A stretch of DNA of 64,000 nucleotides. Origin: Vermamoeba vermiformis. Taxonomy: Eukaryota. Positions 49,780-61,734 of this stretch are shown here, piece after piece (position 1 is the first letter of the stretch; the number at the start of each line of letters is the position of its first letter). Below the pieces are notes generated by a model. It made no database searches, was not told the DNA's origin, and was given only the letters and a program-made list of their open reading frames with translations. Location of the stretch: assembly GCA_045837725.1 (NCBI GenBank), contig JBEWZL010000162.1, positions 62,001-126,000 of the forward strand, given 5' to 3'. Both the position numbers and the translations under genes were made by a program.

Positions 49780-52400
49780 ATGAACGAAGCACTACAACAC
49801 GCAAGTAACTTGCAAAAGTTAATAGAAGAAAAGAATTATGCCGGATTAGACGCTTATTTAACGGAGAATAGTTCGTTGGAATCATAAACAGGTGTTAAGA
49901 CTCGATCTAATCAGTATTTTCGATAGGACCAAAGGATATTTTCTTGCATTATTGCCAACACCAAATTAACTTAATTAATATCGCCGTTAAACTTCGAGAT
50001 AGCAACGCTGTAAGAAAACTATTTTCTTTTAATCCTTATTAATTCTAGTAAATTGTTAGATCGAAGTGCTAATTAAGCATGGTGCGAATTCTCTCTTAGA
50101 CGATCGCGGAGAATCGTTAACAAGCGATGATAGAATATTTTTAGCGCAATTTTACAGTGACCAAAATGATCCCGCGGCTTACCACAGGCGCGTATTAATT
50201 AGCCATGCTTTATTGCGAGGCAGTCTTAAAGAAGTAAGTTTCGTATTAATAAATATGCTATTATTCATTAATAACCCGCCTAAAGCTCAGATACTGGCAC
50301 GAAGAACGAGAATACTTGCTAAGCGCCGAAAAACAACAAGTGATGTACATAAGCGGGAACAATTTTTTAGGCTATACATGCTCCGCTGGTAAGTATATCA
50401 ATATAATCTCGAAGATCTTTAATTAATTGATTTTCGGAGGTTACAATGATTGCGTGGAATATTTGGTGACCAAAGTTGGAAGTGACGTTAATGCTCAATT
50501 TTTCTTCAAACAAAGTAACAGCACTCCACTGAAAGCAGCTCTTTGTAATAGTAAAATAGAGTACGTCCCCTCGGGATCCACAAGATATATAAGGTAAAAT
50601 TCTTATAATTACCTTATTTGTAGTACGGCGGAATTATTGGTCAAACTTGGCGCTGACGTTCACTTGGAATTTGACGATCAAGTCCCATCGCGCAATTCTG
50701 TCATCAAGAGATCATTAATACAACACTTGGCGAGAGTACATCCTCTGGGCATCCAAGCCGAGGACGAAATTAAAGGCCGAATTGAAGGTCTGAGATGGGC
50801 GTTAAAAATGGTTCGTATTAATTCCTAAATTTAAACTTACTAGTAATTCCCAGTTACTAAAAGTTTGAGTTTTGCGATATTTTAATAATTTGAAAAATAA
50901 TCTAATTTATTATTTTTATAGGGCTCAGACGATCTTAATACTTCGTTTATTAGCGACGATTACTCATTCGAAGGAACTCATTTTCTTCCTAATGCTCCCG
51001 CACGTGAGTCTCGTCCTTTAAAAATTGATAATACGTAACTAATTTTGTTTTAACCTTGAAGTTGTTCTTGCCTGTTTGAGCAAAGCACCGGAGTTTGTTG
51101 CGTTACTTCTCGAATTTCAGGAAGAACGATGGATTAATCACGGTAAGTCAGAAAAAATATTGCATATTAATGCTTAGTATATACTAATAAAAGTTGCATT
51201 AATTAGGAGGACCGTTATTGGAAGTCATTCCGATGGTACATCATTACAAAATTAGCCAGGAACGACTCACTGCCCTGATAGAATTGATATTGCCGCTTGT
51301 TGATCCTCAAAAAAAGTACGTTTTAAGTCTTCAGTCTAAAAAATAACTAATTCAAACTAACGAATGAATTTCGATAGAGAAGAGCATTTTGGCAATGCAC
51401 TTGCAGCGGCAATTTTGAACGAAGATGAAATGTACGAAGATTATCTACGGAACACTCTTGGAGCTGGTAAGAAATTACTCCATTGGTTATTCGGTGAAAG
51501 GCTAACCAAGCACTAGACTTAACGAATGTCACAAAGAAAGATAAATACTCCCCTCGTCAAGCAAGATTATTCAAGACGCGAATGAAACTCGCAAGAGATG
51601 GCGTCGATTGTTTTATTGAAGACTATGAAGCTAAGGAATACGTTGTAAGTAGCATATACTTTTGTATACTATTTATGGTATTCTAACGCATACTTGCAAA
51701 GCTTGCTCGAGTGGATATACCAACAAAAACGGCTAGCATTGGCAGCATAAGAAAGAAAATGAAAAATATTAAAGGAGATAGCGAGATTTTCTACGAAATG
51801 GATGCGTGGATTACGGATGCAGAGGGCTATAATAATATTTGGAAGCAGTTTAAACATCCGCACTTGGAGTCACTTCGTCCAATAAGCCCGATCTTGCTAT
51901 TGGACAAATCGACCAACAAGATATACAAAGGAGTGCCGCCCATTGAAGATTTGGCGTTGGATAAAACTCACCCTGGTCAAATGATCATACCGTTTGTGCA
52001 TACCGTCGAAACGATTTTTCAAGAAAGATTTGCCGTGTTTGCCCAAGCAATGCAAGAACATGACGACGAGAAGAAAATTTCTTTGCCGAAGGGTTACAGG
52101 TGCGATGGCAATTGTAATAACAATTGACTAACCGCATATTCAGAATTATATTCAAACCTGTGTCTTTTGAAGTTGCAACGAAAGCTATGCAAGAATTTCA
52201 CAACGAGATCAAAGCGCATAATGACATTGCTGAAAAACCGCAAGAAATGAAGCACGAAGATGATCCTGAGGAGGATCAAGCTGGGTGGTGGCAGACCTAG
52301 TCGTCGTGCAGCACGAACAGCGAAGAGAAAGATCGGACTAGTTGACTCCGATAACGACGAACAAAATGCGAGTAACAAGCGCAGAAAAACGAAGAAATAA
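49780..52400 (+). CDS. Ankyrin-like family, copy C
   Basis: MNEALQHASNLQKLIEEKNYAGLDAYL. Same motifs as copies A and B. Ends SNKRRKTKK*. Confidence 0.75.
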
Positions 52401-52611
52401 CTGAGTCACACACGCTCACGTAGATAAATCAACATAACGAAACTAACGATCAGAATCTGAACTCAAACAGTCAAACCTTCGTTTATTTATATGCAGAATG
52501 AGTGCATGCGTTTGTTACTTAATAAAGCTTATTCTCGTGTCCATTACTTGCTTGTATCCGCTCAACTTCGTAACAGAACGACTATTGGCTTAATCCGATA
52601 TGATATTATAT

Positions 52612-53452
52612 TTACAGTATACTACACCATCGAGAGGGTTCTGCCGGAGCAGGGTTTGGGAGTGAAACAGGTTTTGGCACATCCAAGGGACCAGCGTCCT
52701 CAATCTCGGAAACCAATACCTTCATCGCCTCGCCAATGCCAATATTTAGCTTTGCACTAGTTTCAAAATAAGAAATTCCCGCATGCTGAGCAAATTCTTT
52801 GGCTTCTTCGGTTGACATTTCTCTTCGATCGGCTAGATCTACTTTGGTTCCGACGAGAATGGTTCGAACGTTTGTTGGAGCACTCTTTGATATCTCTTGA
52901 AGCCACTTATTAGCTCTAACAAACGATTGTCTGTCGGTCAAATCAAAGCAGAGGATGAGGCCACTGGCTCCTCGGTAAGCCATTGGTGCAAGTGCTATAA
53001 ATCTAATTTATTTTTGTTAATAGTCAATATATTGGTTATATTGTTTAACAAATAATAGATTCGAAGTTTAGAACCAAACGCAATTTCAAATAAAAAAAAA
53101 ACCTGTCATAAATCATAATTAATTCCAATTACCTTTCTCTTCCTGCAGTATCCCATATTTCTAATTTAATTTCTGTTATATTGTCTTTTAATTTAGTAAT
53201 TTTAGTTCGCTAAAGCAAGATTAATACCGCAAAAAAAAGTTTGACACATCCACCAAGCACTTACGAAAGCTGCACCAATCGTTAAGTCTTCTTCTCCATA
53301 TGAGTCATCAAGGTATCGCTTTAAAAAGCATGTCTTTCCCACGCCAGAATCACCAATAACTACGATCTGATTTGAATATTAAGTTGGTGGATGAGGCCAA
53401 ATAGAGTGGTAATTACTTTGACCGAAGGGGGTGACGGCTTTTGTCTGCTCAT
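52612..53452 (-). CDS. Rab-like small GTPase with atypical switch II
   Basis: GDSGVGKT, TIGAAF, IWDTAGRERF, YRGA, GTKVD and ETSAK. C-terminal CSIL. Confidence 0.9.
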
Positions 53453-53514
53453 TGCTTACAACGTGTTAAACGAAGAAAATAAACATTTTTTTGCGACGGC
53501 AGACTTTATTTTCG

Positions 53515-53829
53515 TTAATCGTGGGTCAGACCCTGATAGGCCAGATAACCTACAAAAATTCCAAAACCAAGTGTTGCAGAAAGTAGTAGCACTACAATTA
53601 ATATTAGAATTCCAGAGCATGCTCGAGGCTGATTATCGGGATGGCACTCGTGACAAACAGCCTTTCCTTCTAATGAGATTGTTGAATGCGTAGAACATAG
53701 TGAATGATTGCAAAGGGCACATTTTCCTAAGACCATTTCGTCGCAATATGCTGTGTAGCAGACGGCTGGATCCGGTGCTGGGGTTTCCAAATCAACAATA
53801 ACCTCGTCTAATTGTTGACCTTGATTCAT
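53515..53829 (-). CDS. Small Cys/His zinc-finger protein with C-terminal TM (tail-anchored)
   Basis: CYTAYC...CALCNHSLCSTH...VCHEC followed by GILILIVVLLLSATLGFGIFVGYLAY. Confidence 0.7.
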   Translation of the reverse strand: MNQGQQLDEVIVDLETPAPDPAVCYTAYCDEMVLGKCALCNHSLCSTHSTISLEGKAVCHECHPDNQPRACSGILILIVVLLLSATLGFGIFVGYLAYQGLTHD

Positions 53830-54135
53830 TTGTACAAACTTTTGTGTATATTGTTGTGTTATTTTGATGATTCGCAATTTAAAGGTGCCGGCAATTAGCC
53901 ACAAATTTCCATTTTTCAATTTAAATTACCCGGTGATTGTTAAAATTGCAATTCAATTCTGATTCGTTATAACATGTTTCCATAGTAATCGGTTTCTCCG
54001 GTACTATAACACTGAAGTTTTGAGTACTTGTTGTCAAAGGGCCGCAGGATCCATTGATTTCTGAAATTCCATTTGTCCGGGATTTTCCATTGCTCCGTCA
54101 TGACGGCTCTAGAATTCTTAACGCCAAAAGGAGCT

Positions 54136-54963
54136 TTATTGCATTTTTTTAAGCTTCTTCAACGTTGTATCTATAGGCTCGAAGTTTGGCAGCCACCGCG
54201 AGTATTTCGTTGACGTGTAAAACGACCTTACGAACGATAAACGTTAGATGATGTTGAAAAGCACCTTTATGTTATAGTAATCATACTTAAACGGCAGTGC
54301 TAGGCAGTGCAAATGTAAGTGATCTACCGAGTTGAACGGCGGGCGATGGAATCCAAAACTGTACGCTTTAAATTAGACTACAATCATGCGATAAAATAAT
54401 ATTACCGTTGCTTATGACCAGGAGCATGTTTTTCTAAAATTTCTGAGCCTTTATTGCGCATCCGAGAGACTGAAAAGAAATGTTAATATTTTGACCAATC
54501 ACCTGCACGTGCCTCGACATACTCAGTTCATAATGATGTGCTTTCAAGTCATATACAGATGTTATATGTTCTTTGCTGAGTGCTAGATAGTGCTGGTGAG
54601 CACGCGGGAGTTTATCTTTTACAATCAAGATCTCGTCATCCTAATTGGCCAAAAAAAATTATAAAAATTATTTTACGTCATAATATTTAGTTATAAATAC
54701 ATTTTAACGACTAAGTCTTATTTTATCGGATTGGGACGGGAGGTGTGGACGGGTACTACCTCGTATAATACTTCAGTACGCTTAGCTCTTTGTTCATATT
54801 TACAAAATTTACAAGGTAATTTGGCTCGCTTTCTTTGGGAATGATACTTCTTGCCGATCCGCGCCGCTGACCAACCTAGCAGGACTACCAAGACTACAAG
54901 CCACGAATATTGTGCCGTAGATAGAGTATTATTTTCATTTGAGTCGTTGTCTTTATCGTGCAT
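54136..54963 (-). CDS. HINT3: HINT3-like histidine triad nucleotide-binding protein with N-terminal TM
   Basis: Spliced CKFC, DKLPRAHQHYL and FGFHRPPFNSVDHLHLHCL. N-terminal WLVVLVVLLGWSA. Confidence 0.85.
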
Positions 54964-55027
54964 GACGTTGCAAAAATAACAATAGTATTTAATTTCGCTG
55001 CGTGGCACTGAACCGCAAGAATTTTTA

Positions 55028-56733
55028 TTAACTTTTCTTATTACATTCAGCAATATGCTTTTTAAGCGCAGGTATCGTGGCTTGTTTCGCTCCGCATCTG
55101 TTGCACTTGAGATCGCGTTGCAAAATCTGCTCGTAATGTTCTTTATCGAACTAAAACAACTCATTAATTACCTAATCGATATAATTTATTCCTAATAATC
55201 TAAAGAAAACGTACCGAAATGGAGCCCTTTTGTTTTAACTGCTTCAAAAACTCATCTGCATCGATGAAGAACTCAGTTGCGAACGAATTCCAATGTTTTT
55301 TGTTTTTTAGGCACTCTGAATCAAAATCTATTCGAACAAAAGAAGAAATTAGCAAGGAGAACGAGAAGTAGAGCTGATCTCGGATGGTGTGTCTCGAGTG
55401 CCATACCTTGGCTTATAAGGTGCATATGAAGCTGTTTCATACTAGGAACTGCATGAAATCCAATTTTAAATGTTAGCGTCGGGTGTTGCTTCTTAAACCT
55501 AAAGCAGATCCGGATGAGGATCAGATATTCGCGTCGTAACGTTTGGTTTTACCTTTCAACCAGTCCTTTGCCAATCTTAATAACATTTTCTACTATTGGA
55601 ATACTATCTTTGTTTAAATCTGCAAAGGTCGGTATTAACTGTCGCGGCATAACCAGCATGTGAATTTTTGCTTTCGGATACACGTCTAGAAAATTATTTA
55701 GACATCATATATTGGTATTTAAAACTAATATACTTACCGTACATAGCAATAACTTTGTCGTTAGTGAAATAGATTTGGTCTGGAAAGTTTTCTGGATGCG
55801 TGCAGTACGGAATTAACGCGCTGTTCCAACCACCGCCAGCTTTAGGCGCGGGAGATTTCTTTTCAGATTTTTGTTCGACTGCTTTGTCCCCTTTACTCTT
55901 CATTAGAACGTCAAAAGCACCTGTAACGAAACCTTTGGGATCAGATCTTGTTTCGAGCTCCTGAAAGGCACGCACCTTTTGGCTTAGTTTCAATAACCTT
56001 GATTTTAGGACTAATCTCGGTGTCATTATCGCTGCTAGATATGTTATCTGATTTGACGCTTTGCTTTTGTTGGTGTTGATCTACGACTTTTTGCTTTTTG
56101 ACAGGCGGTGCCTCGTCTGATTTTTCTTCAATTTCTTCAAACTTGCGCTTCTTATCTTGTGCACTTTGTTGCACAGACTTCGCATTATTGTTGTTACTTG
56201 AAGCCTTACAAACGAGAGTAAGTCTCGGAATGGATTTGCACGGAAGCTTTCCAGCTTTACTTACTTGGGCTTTGCTACTAATTTGGACACGATAAGGATA
56301 CAGGTCTACTAATATGTTCAAGATATCGCCACTCTTTAATAACGCTGTTTTGCCTTGTTCCAGGCTCTCGATCTCTTGACTGCCGGCGCGGATGACAAAA
56401 CTCGGATTTTTGCCCATCTAGAGTAGATTTAAGTAAATATAAATTTATATGTAATATTTATATTCAAAAGCACTTACTTGGGTGACCTTAAGAGCTGGTT
56501 TGTTCGACACTTCAAGAAGCACTCAAATTAATTAATTACTGTTAGTCCCATTTTAACTAAAATAATTACGAAAAAAATAATACAGATCAATATTAATTAT
56601 TACCTTGATTACGGCTGCATCTCTTGTCCGTGATCCCTTCAAACCCTCTGCCAATGGTATTTTGCCCAAATTTAAGCGGAATAGCCTCCCCACTATTTAA
56701 GTCTACCAAAGTAACTGATATATCACTTTGCAT
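55028..56733 (-). CDS. APTX: Aprataxin (FHA-HIT-zinc finger)
   Basis: FHA IGRG...ITDKRCSRNQ, HIT DVYPKAKIHMLV...GFHAVPSMKQLHMHLISQDFDS, KNKKHWNSF and zinc finger CNRC...LKKHIAEC. Confidence 0.93.
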
Positions 56734-57077
56734 GGTGTTTATCTGCGTGTGAATGCAATAGAAAATGGCGGGAAAAATTGCAGCTATCATTATTTATTAT
56801 TTCTGCGAATTGGAGCAACAACACAAGACGAAGCTGACGATGTAAATCCGATCGAATATTTCTCGAAAAATTATCTATTCCATAATTAATTGGTACGTAA
56901 CGTTTTACGAAAGATCTCGGATGCGAATCCGGTTTTCAGATGCGTGCAATAATCAATTTTAACATGAATATTGTGACTAAAAAATCAGCCATTTAGATAA
57001 CTGCTATTTTTTTAAATTTAAACATGCACCAAAGCTAAATTATTTTTTTTATCGTTAGAAATATTTCTATTTTCGCG

Positions 57078-60000
57078 ATGGGCGACAAAGAAGAGCCTAA
57101 CGAAGACTTCGAATTGCCTTCGCAAATGCTATTCAGTCAAATGCAAAGGTATTTCGATAATCAGTATCAAAATCAAGTCGAGCAAAGAGTCAAGGAAGCG
57201 GACGATGACGAAATGGCTTACGTCAAAACGCCGCCGCACAATGATGATGAAACTACAGAAGATAATATATTTAATGAAATTATCGATGAAGATACAACTG
57301 ATGGCGAGCAACCAGATCAGAGATCCGATCAACACGACACGATCCCAAAACCTCGAGAATCTCCGCCACTTTTTCTTGTAAATAATAACCCCATCGAAAA
57401 TATGCCGGAAAACACATTGGAACAAGCAACGGGATCAGGTCATTTATACCAAAGTCCCGTGACTACGCAACAACTAATGCACGATATCAACATCAATACA
57501 ATTGATAATCTGTCGCCAATTCCGTCAAAAGAAAACGCAACAAGCAATAATGTAAATAATGCAGCAAACGCAATCGAAAATGACGCAGAAATGGACGAGA
57601 TTATGGCGTTTATTGAAAATAACAAAGCTGCTGACGCGCAGATAGTCAACGTGCCAGAAATAGATCTCGATTTAGATCCCGACCAGTTCGTAGAGCTAAT
57701 GAAAGATAAACTCGCGGACGTGCCTCTCGATCAAGTTCAGATCCAGCTCGAAGAAATTCTCAGTCAAAAATCCACATCAACACCACCTGTAAATAATGTA
57801 CATATCACCACCAACCCCAATATTGACAAAGTAGAAGAGAAGAGTTCGAGCTCTCAAAAGGAATCTAATGCGCCAGTGATCATGACATCAACACCGCCTG
57901 CGATGAAAACTCCGTCACAAAGCGACGTGTCCTTCTCAACGAACGACAAGAGCTCTACACCTGACCAGCCATTATCAACAACTCCGATAGTTCAGAAAAT
58001 CGATACGTTCGTGCAATCTCAAATACCTGTGCCCGAGAACAACATCGTGCTTCCGTACAAATTGAACGACGAACAATTGAAGGCCGTGCAATCGCCATTG
58101 AATATTCCGCTGATGATTGCCGCTGGCCCTGGTTCTGGTACGATAAGATAGCTATGAACGACATTAACGAGGCTAATTTATCGCACAGGAAAAACATTGA
58201 CTTTGGTCTGTCGCATCGTACACATGCTGTCCAATAGTATCTCGTCTAATTCTATTGTGGCCATCACTTTCACGCGAAAAGCGGCGAATGAAATGAGAGA
58301 TCGAATTGAACGAGTTTCAAAATCACTGAATATTCAAACGACTTTGGGCTTGACGATTTGCACTTTTCATCAGTTTTGCTTGAAGATTCTGCGGCTTCAT
58401 TCGCATTTACTAACGAGCGACTTGAAAAAATTCGAAGTCTATACACGGAGGAAGCAAGAAGACGTGTTGTTGAAGTGCTTTACCGAGTGGAACAATCGAA
58501 GCAACTCACAGTCACAAACTTCACAAGGCTCACAAGATCAGCAACCGTGAGTATCAGATCCATATACGAATCAATATGATTTTAACGTTTGAGTACAGTT
58601 TCGAGTTCAAGATTCCTGACGGCGGAGGTGACGACCACAAGAAACTTATCCGAAGCTGCTTCACGCTGATTCGCAAAATCAAAGCTAACCCGTGCAACCC
58701 TGAAAAGATCGCGAACCCGTTCTTTCGTTTCATTTATCTCGTAAGCCTCGTGCAACTTAATCCGTTGTATTCAGTATTAACGTGTTGATAAGAAATACAA
58801 CGAGATTATGAATGCCGCGGGAGGCATAGATTTCAACGACTTTATCTCCAAGACTGTAGAATTGTTCTCGAAGTACCCCGAAGTCCTGCACAAGTATCAA
58901 ACGATCTATCAGCAGGTCCTCGTTGATGAATTTCAAGACATTAGCTCGATGCAGTGGGAGCTCTTAAAGCTATTGTCAGGTCAATCTGGGCAAATTACAG
59001 TAGTGGGAGACGTCGATCAGGTACAGCTACTAAAACTTTCTCAGGGGATTTTAAACTTACTATTACTATTTGCAGAGTATTTACAGCTTCAGAGGTGCAA
59101 CTGTAAAAAACTTCGAGCACTTCAATAATCAGTTTCCAAAGAAAATATTGATCAGGCTGAACCAAAACTACCGCAGCACAAAAAGCGTAAGTTACTCGTT
59201 ATTTTTAACGTTAATAGCGGAAACTAATTGTTCCGAAGATTCTACAATGTGCCTCAGAATTGATCAAGAACAATACCGAACGGCCAAATTCAACTTCGAT
59301 GTACACGGACAACGAACACGGAAAGAGAATTATATGGGTGTTGAGCAAGACCCCCCGCGAAGAGATCATAAATATCCTAGATATCGTTCAACAAAAGAAG
59401 GACCAAGAAGGATTCAAACTTCGAGACATTGCAATCTTGTACAGAAATCGGTACATCGGCAAAGCTTTCGAACCAGAGCTACGCAGGCGGTACGTGACAC
59501 TGTCACTTTGAAAGGCTGACAATTAATTGACATTTTAATCATAGGAAGCTGAGCTTTGGTTTGAACGGAAAAGTCTCATTTTACCATTACTCCGAAGTCC
59601 TTGACATACTTGCGTATCTACGACTGATTATCGACGAAAATGATGACGCGTAAGTAACCTTAGATAACGATCTATCCATATTAAGATTGGTTGGTAGTGC
59701 CTTCAAGAGAATATTCAACGTGCCAACGCGAGGTCTTGGTACTAAAACACTGAAGACGGTTGAAAAAACAGCTGCAATGCGTAACATTTCGCTATTCAAA
59801 GCTGCCAAGAAAGTGTTAGAGTATAACGCTGACGTCAAAAACCAGCAACAACGAGGACTCAAGCTCCTAATTGGCCTGTTAGATAAGATTAGAACCAATA
59901 CAGACTTCGAGAAGAAATCGTTAAGCGACATCATCAAGCTTGTTATCGAAAGGACGAAGTACCAAAACTATCTTTGGAAGCTCGCAGATGATAGGAACAG

Positions 60001-61584
60001 AAACAAAGAGAACGGACTTACCGACGAAGAGTACGAGTATTACTATCTTAAAATCATTATTCTAACATAATATTACTAGCGATGCACTCGACGGAATTGA
60101 CGAAGAGCATTTGACCGATGATTTTGATGACGAAGAGATGCCGCAGGAAAAGAACGGAGTTGAGCCAGTAGAAATGAAAAACTTGTCGCGATTGATCCAA
60201 GAGGCAAATATCTTCGTTCAAGAGTACTACAAATGGAAGACCAGTTACCGGGGTCAACAGCAACAAGACGACAGTGAAAACAACGACTTAGGTCAGTGAT
60301 TGCCTTCGCTGTATTTCAATACCAAACTAACCAATGCTTCAGATGAGTCATTCGATGGCTTTAAACCAGCTGAAAAGACGGAGACCTTTAAAATGCTCAA
60401 ACTATTCTTGACGCAAGTCAGCTACGACGTCAAAGAGAGCGATGAAAAGGACCAATTAACGCTGAGCACCATTCATCAATCAAAGGGCTTGGAGTGGCCA
60501 ATAGGTATGCCTACTATATTTGGTATTAGTTGTAACTAACTCATACATAGTTATTTTGGTGCACGTGAACGAAGGTTACTTGCCCTCAAAACACTTCGGC
60601 GAGAAAATTGCGATGAATAGTTCACAAGAAGGCGTTTCAAAATCGCTCGGAGAAGATGAATTTGCAATGATCGAAGAGGAGCGGAGACTTTGCTACGTTG
60701 CAATGACCCGCGCTGAGCAACAGCTTATTCTAAGCACATTTGCCGAAGAAAACGGCTTGAAATCGCTTTCGTCGAGGTTTCTGGAAGAAATTCCGAAAGA
60801 ACAGTGCGAGTTCGTCAATAAGATACCTAAAGAAAAGTCTCCCGTGCAAATCAAGCAGAAGAACAGCACCATCAACGCAAGCGCTAACAATACAAATGTA
60901 AATATCAATGAGCCACCAAAACCAGCGATTCATTTCAAGAAGATCGAAGTCGAGCAGTTACCGCCTATGTTGCGCCCTCAAAACATCAGTCCGACCAAGA
61001 CCACAAGCACCACCACCCCGTCCAAAGTATCACCACCGAGACGTAAATCCCCGACAACAAATGTACAGTCGCCGTTGTCGCACTTACCGAGCAGACAAAA
61101 GAAGGCAAAACGATCAGGTACAGCGAAGAAAAAGATTGACTTTTCGAGGCACAACGAGTTCACTTCCGCGAGAGAGGTCTCAGAAGACTCATCCGACAAT
61201 TACTTTGAGAGCGAAGATAAAGACAAAGACCCTGATGAGATTAAAGAAGACGATGAGGACGAAGGAAACACGGAGCAACAAACTGAATCAGGACCAACTG
61301 TTGATGACCTGGCTGCCATGATTGAATCGGAAGACTCCGCGTCTTCTATCAACCTCCAACAATCTCCCAAGAAGTTCCAACCGCCAGCGAAAGAAGCTGC
61401 AGCCCCAGTCGGGTTATCGAAGCTGATGGACTCCCGCGTGAGGTCACCAGGGCTACGTAGAACGAATAAACGAAGGCACAGTACTGGCACCGCTGAAATT
61501 CAGAAGGCGGAGGAATTTGAATCGCCGTTGAAGAAGCAGAAGACCTCACTAGGTCATTCCGCTAGTGTAAATAAAGATCGCTAG
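57078..61584 (+). CDS. UvrD/PcrA/Srs2-family 3'-5' DNA helicase with long disordered termini
   Basis: Motifs AGPGSGKT, TFTRKAANEM, VDEFQD, VGDVDQSIYSFRGA, NYRST, TIHQSKGLEW and EERRLCYVAMTRA. Confidence 0.93.
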
Positions 61585-61734
61585 GATCGAGTTAAACTAA
61601 TAATTTGTTGTGCAACCTACATTGGACTTTCTAATGGATATATTCACGACAAAAGAAAGGGCGGGAGATTGCTAAGTTATTTTTTTGTGGCGTTGCGCAT
61701 CCAAAATTTTTATAAAACATGATACAATACCACA

